DNA of 8,979 nucleotides from a virus (Duplodnaviria; Heunggongvirae; Uroviricota; Caudoviricetes): IMG/VR virus record IMGVR_UViG_2585427789_000025; one strand, 5' to 3'. Shown piece by piece: positions 6,581 to 8,979 of this stretch (position 1 is its first letter; each line of letters starts with the position of its first letter). The notes under the pieces were generated by a model. It saw only the letters and a program-made list of their open reading frames with translations, ran no database searches and was not told where the DNA came from. The position numbers and the translations under genes were made by a program.

Positions 6581-6609
6581 TTGACAGACAAGGTACCGCT
6601 AAGTAATAT
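6581..6609 (+). promoter_or_regulatory. Sigma70 promoter of asnT: TTGACA (6581-6586), 17-bp spacer, TAATAT (6604-6609), with GC-rich discriminator
   Basis: Consensus -35, optimal 17-bp spacing and a 5/6 match at -10. The discriminator GAGCCCCG is typical of stringently controlled tRNA promoters. The tRNA 5' end is 18 nt downstream of the -10. Confidence 0.65.
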
Positions 6610-6627
6610 GAGCCCCGTTCACACGAT

Positions 6628-6703
6628 TCCTCTGTAGTTCAGTCGGTAGAACGGCGGACTGTTAATCCGTATGTCACTGGTTCGAGTCCAGTCAGAGGAG
6701 CCA
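6628..6703 (+). tRNA. asnT: tRNA-Asn (anticodon GTT), 76 nt
   Basis: TCCTCTGTAGTTCAGTCGGTAGAACGGCGGACTGTTAATCCGTATGTCACTGGTTCGAGTCCAGTCAGAGGAGCCA matches the canonical E. coli tRNA-Asn with anticodon loop CTGTTAA and encoded CCA. Assignment to the asnT copy is by position next to mtfA and yeeJ. Confidence 0.92.
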
Positions 6704-6792
6704 AATTCTAAAAATTCGCTTTTTTAGCGCAATGTCACTGACCTTAGTTGAACATTGTTTTTTAACGGATAGCGGGTTTTTAACATCTTAAG

Positions 6793-6819
6793 CGCCCTCG
6801 ACCTTTATGGTTGAGGGCG
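6793..6819 (+). terminator. GC-rich hairpin (CGCCCTC / GAGGGCG) about 90 bp downstream of asnT; weak terminator candidate
   Basis: The 7-bp GC stem at 6793-6799 and 6813-6819 can extend to 9 bp. The downstream sequence TCTTGCT is only weakly U-rich. Confidence 0.25.
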
Positions 6820-7016
6820 TCTTGCTATGAACGCCATCACCATTTTCCCCTCGATTATAAAACTTGAGTTATTCAGTAGTCTCCCCTCTTGCAACTCACA
6901 CCCAAAACTGCCTAACGAAAAGTTATTAATTTTCAATCATATTGCTATCAGTATTTACATTTTTTCGCTGTGCTAGAAAGGGCGCATTTATGTTAGCTCG
7001 TTCAGGGAAGGTAAGC

Positions 7017-8463
7017 ATGGCTACGAAGAAGAGAAGTGGAGAAGAAATAAATGACCGACAAATATTATGCGGGATGGGAATTAAACTACGCCGCTTAACT
7101 GCGGGTAGCCAACACTGAGGTAACATTTACTCTGCCGGAAGATGTGAAGGCGAACTTCACGCTGAGCGATGGCGGTAAAGTGATTACTGATGCTGAAGGC
7201 AAAGCGAAAGTCACGCTGAAAGGTACAAAAGCAGGCGCTCATACTGTTACAGCATCGATGACTGGCGGTAAGAGTGAGCAGTTGGTGGTGAACTTTATTG
7301 CGGATACGCTCACTGCACAGGTTAATCTTAACGTTACCGAGGACAATTTTATCGCTAATAACGTCGGGATGACCAGGCTGCAGGCAACAGTGACTGATGG
7401 AAACGGCAACCCGTTAGCCAATGAGGCGGTGACATTCACGCTACCGGCAGATGTGAGCGCAAGCTTTACTCTCGGACAAGGCGGTTCCGCCATTACTGAT
7501 ATCAACGGCAAGGCTGAAGTTACACTGAGCGGTACAAAATCCGGCACCTACCCCGTGACAGTTAGCGTGAACAATTATGGTGTCAGTGATACGAAACAGG
7601 TGACTTTGATTGCCGATGCTGGTACCGCAAAACTAGCCTCCTTAACCTCTGTATACTCATTCGTCGTCAGCACGACCGAGGGCGCAACCATGACGGCAAG
7701 CGTCACTGACGCTAACGGCAACCCGGTAGAAGGCATAAAAGTTAATTTCCGCGGAACCTCCGTCACGCTAAGCAGCACCAGCGTTGAAACGGATGATCGG
7801 GGTTTCGCTGAAATTCTTGTGACAAGCACCGAGGTCGGACTGAAAACAGTTTCAGCCTCTCTGGCAGATAAACCTACTGAAGTCATCTCGCGATTACTGA
7901 ATGCCAGTGCAGATGTTAATTCTGCGACGATTACCAGTCTGGAGATACCGGAAGGTCAGGTAATGGTCGCACAAGACGTAGCAGTTAAAGCTCACGTTAA
8001 CGACCAGTTTGGCAACCCGGTTGCGCATCAACCCGTGACATTCAGTGCAGAGCCATCCTCGCAAATGATCATCAGCCAGAATACGGTCTCTACTAATACG
8101 CAGGGTGTAGCCGAGGTCACCATGACGCCCGAAAGAAACGGTTCGTATATGGTGAAAGCATCCCTGCCGAATGGAGCCTCACTTGAGAAACAACTGGAGG
8201 CTATTGATGAAAAACTGACACTCACGGCGTCCAGTCCGCTTATCGGTGTCTATGCCCCTACAGGCGCTACTCTGACGGCAACGCTAACCTCTGCAAATGG
8301 CACTCCAGTGGAGGGTCAGGTCATCAACTTTAGCGTAACGCCAGAAGGGGCGACGTTAAGTGGCGGAAAAGTGAGAACTAACTCTTCAGGTCAGGCTCCA
8401 GTCGTTTTGACCAGCAATAAAGTCGGTACATATACGGTGACTGCATCTTTCCATAACGGGTAA
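7017..8463 (+). pseudogene. yeeJ: Remnant of a yeeJ-like inverse-autotransporter adhesin: N-terminal 30 codons joined out of frame to an internal run of Big_1 Ig-like repeats, then truncated by an IS element
   Basis: ATG 7017 with GGAAGG RBS encodes MATKKRSGEEINDRQILCGMGIKLRRLTAG and hits TGA at 7116-7118 after 33 codons. A different frame is open from 7099 to 8463 with no credible start (the track uses GTG 7144). It encodes about 100-aa tandem repeats (VTFTLPEDVKANFTLSDGGKVITDAEGKAKVTLKGTKAGAHTVTAS / VTFTLPADVSASFTLGQGGSAITDINGKAEVTLSGTKSGTYPVTVS). The terminal TAA (8461-8463) lies inside the IS inverted repeat. Confidence 0.75.
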
Positions 8464-8490
8464 GCGTAAAGCCAATGCCGTCTGTAACAC
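8460..8490. repeat. Putative left terminal inverted repeat of the IS66-family element
   Basis: Starts GTAAGCGTAAAGCCAATGCC at the point where the adhesin frame ends. The exact length is undetermined because the right end is outside the window. Confidence 0.4.
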
Positions 8491-8544
8491 CTGCTCCTTG
8501 CAGACTAAATTAGAGCTCCTTCTAAATTAGACGGAGTTCTATTG

Positions 8545-8979
8545 ATGGATAAACCTACAGACTGGCGCTCCGGAACCCGCCGGATATTTTCTAATGAATT
8601 TAAACTTCATATGGTTGAACTGGCTTCGAAACCAAATGCCAATGTTGCACAACTGGCCCGGGAACATGGCGTTGATAACAACCTGATTTTTAAATGGCTA
8701 CGCCTCTGGCAAAGAGAAGGACGTATTTCTCGTAGAATGCCTCCAACTATTGTAGGCCCTACAGTATCACAATCTTTTCCGGCCTCTCCGACTCTGGTTC
8801 CAGTGGAACTTATCGACACCCCGCGCTGTGCTACAGATGCTCCTGCTCCGGAGGCATTATCAGTTGCTTGTGCAGCTTCCTGCCATGTGGAATTCCATTA
8901 CGGTAAAATGATGCTGGAAAATCCTTCACCAGAGCTGCTCACGGTGTTGATCCGTGAGCTGACTAGGAGGGGACGATGA
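8545..8979 (+). CDS. tnpA: IS66-family accessory protein TnpA (orfA), about 144 aa
   Basis: ATG 8545 with GGAG at 8533-8536 (spacing 8); the track starts one codon earlier at TTG 8542. The N-terminus has a helix-turn-helix-like stretch (FSNEFKLHMVELASKPNANVAQLAREHGVDNNLIFKWLRLWQREG). The TGA at 8977-8979 overlaps ATG 8976, the presumed tnpB start. Confidence 0.6.
   Translation: MDKPTDWRSGTRRIFSNEFKLHMVELASKPNANVAQLAREHGVDNNLIFKWLRLWQREGRISRRMPPTIVGPTVSQSFPASPTLVPVELIDTPRCATDAPAPEALSVACAASCHVEFHYGKMMLENPSPELLTVLIRELTRRGR

Larger units (their letters stand above)
8460..8979 (+). mobile_element. Left end of an IS66-family insertion sequence (continues beyond window end)
   Basis: The terminus begins GTAAGCG at 8460, the characteristic IS66-family end. 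An orfA-type gene follows, and its stop overlaps the next start in ATGA (8976-8979), preceded by AGGAGG (8965-8970), as in IS66 tnpA/tnpB. Family assigned from organisation and recall. Confidence 0.6.

Noticed and set aside
6926-7126. 66-aa minus-strand ORF across the yeeJ promoter and start
   Set aside because: It is antisense to a recognisable RBS and start with matching N-terminal peptide, and has no RBS of its own.
7099-8463. CRISPR or other nucleotide repeat array suggested by the periodicity of this region
   Set aside because: The periodicity is at protein level (about 100-aa Ig-like domains, about 300 nt) with diverged nucleotide sequence and no short exact repeats with spacers. No CRISPR-like array was seen anywhere in the window.

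Overview
The window looks like an Escherichia coli-type chromosomal segment spanning the integrase-proximal end of a lambda-type integrative element (prophage or remnant) inserted at tRNA-Ser(CGA), followed by core genes. All calls rest on reading the sequence and the ORF track and on recalled family knowledge; no database search or folding was run. From 1 to about 5546, the element carries a partial gene, a convergent pair of small genes, a 530-bp ORF-free structured region, and a + strand operon ending in an excisionase-like gene and a lambda-family integrase. That operon holds two translationally coupled small proteins, a 334-aa acidic protein, a 114-aa protein and a zinc-ribbon/DEDDh 3'-5' exonuclease. 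The core segment holds serU (5547-5636, minus), mtfA, asnT with a near-consensus promoter, and a decayed yeeJ-like adhesin gene truncated by the left end of an IS66-family element. I found no CRISPR array, rRNA, reverse transcriptase or recognisable defence-system signature. The most unusual items are a perfect 16-bp inverted repeat enclosing 122 bp in the operon leader, a Lys at the second catalytic Arg position of the integrase, and the uncharacterised exonuclease-containing cargo next to xis/int.
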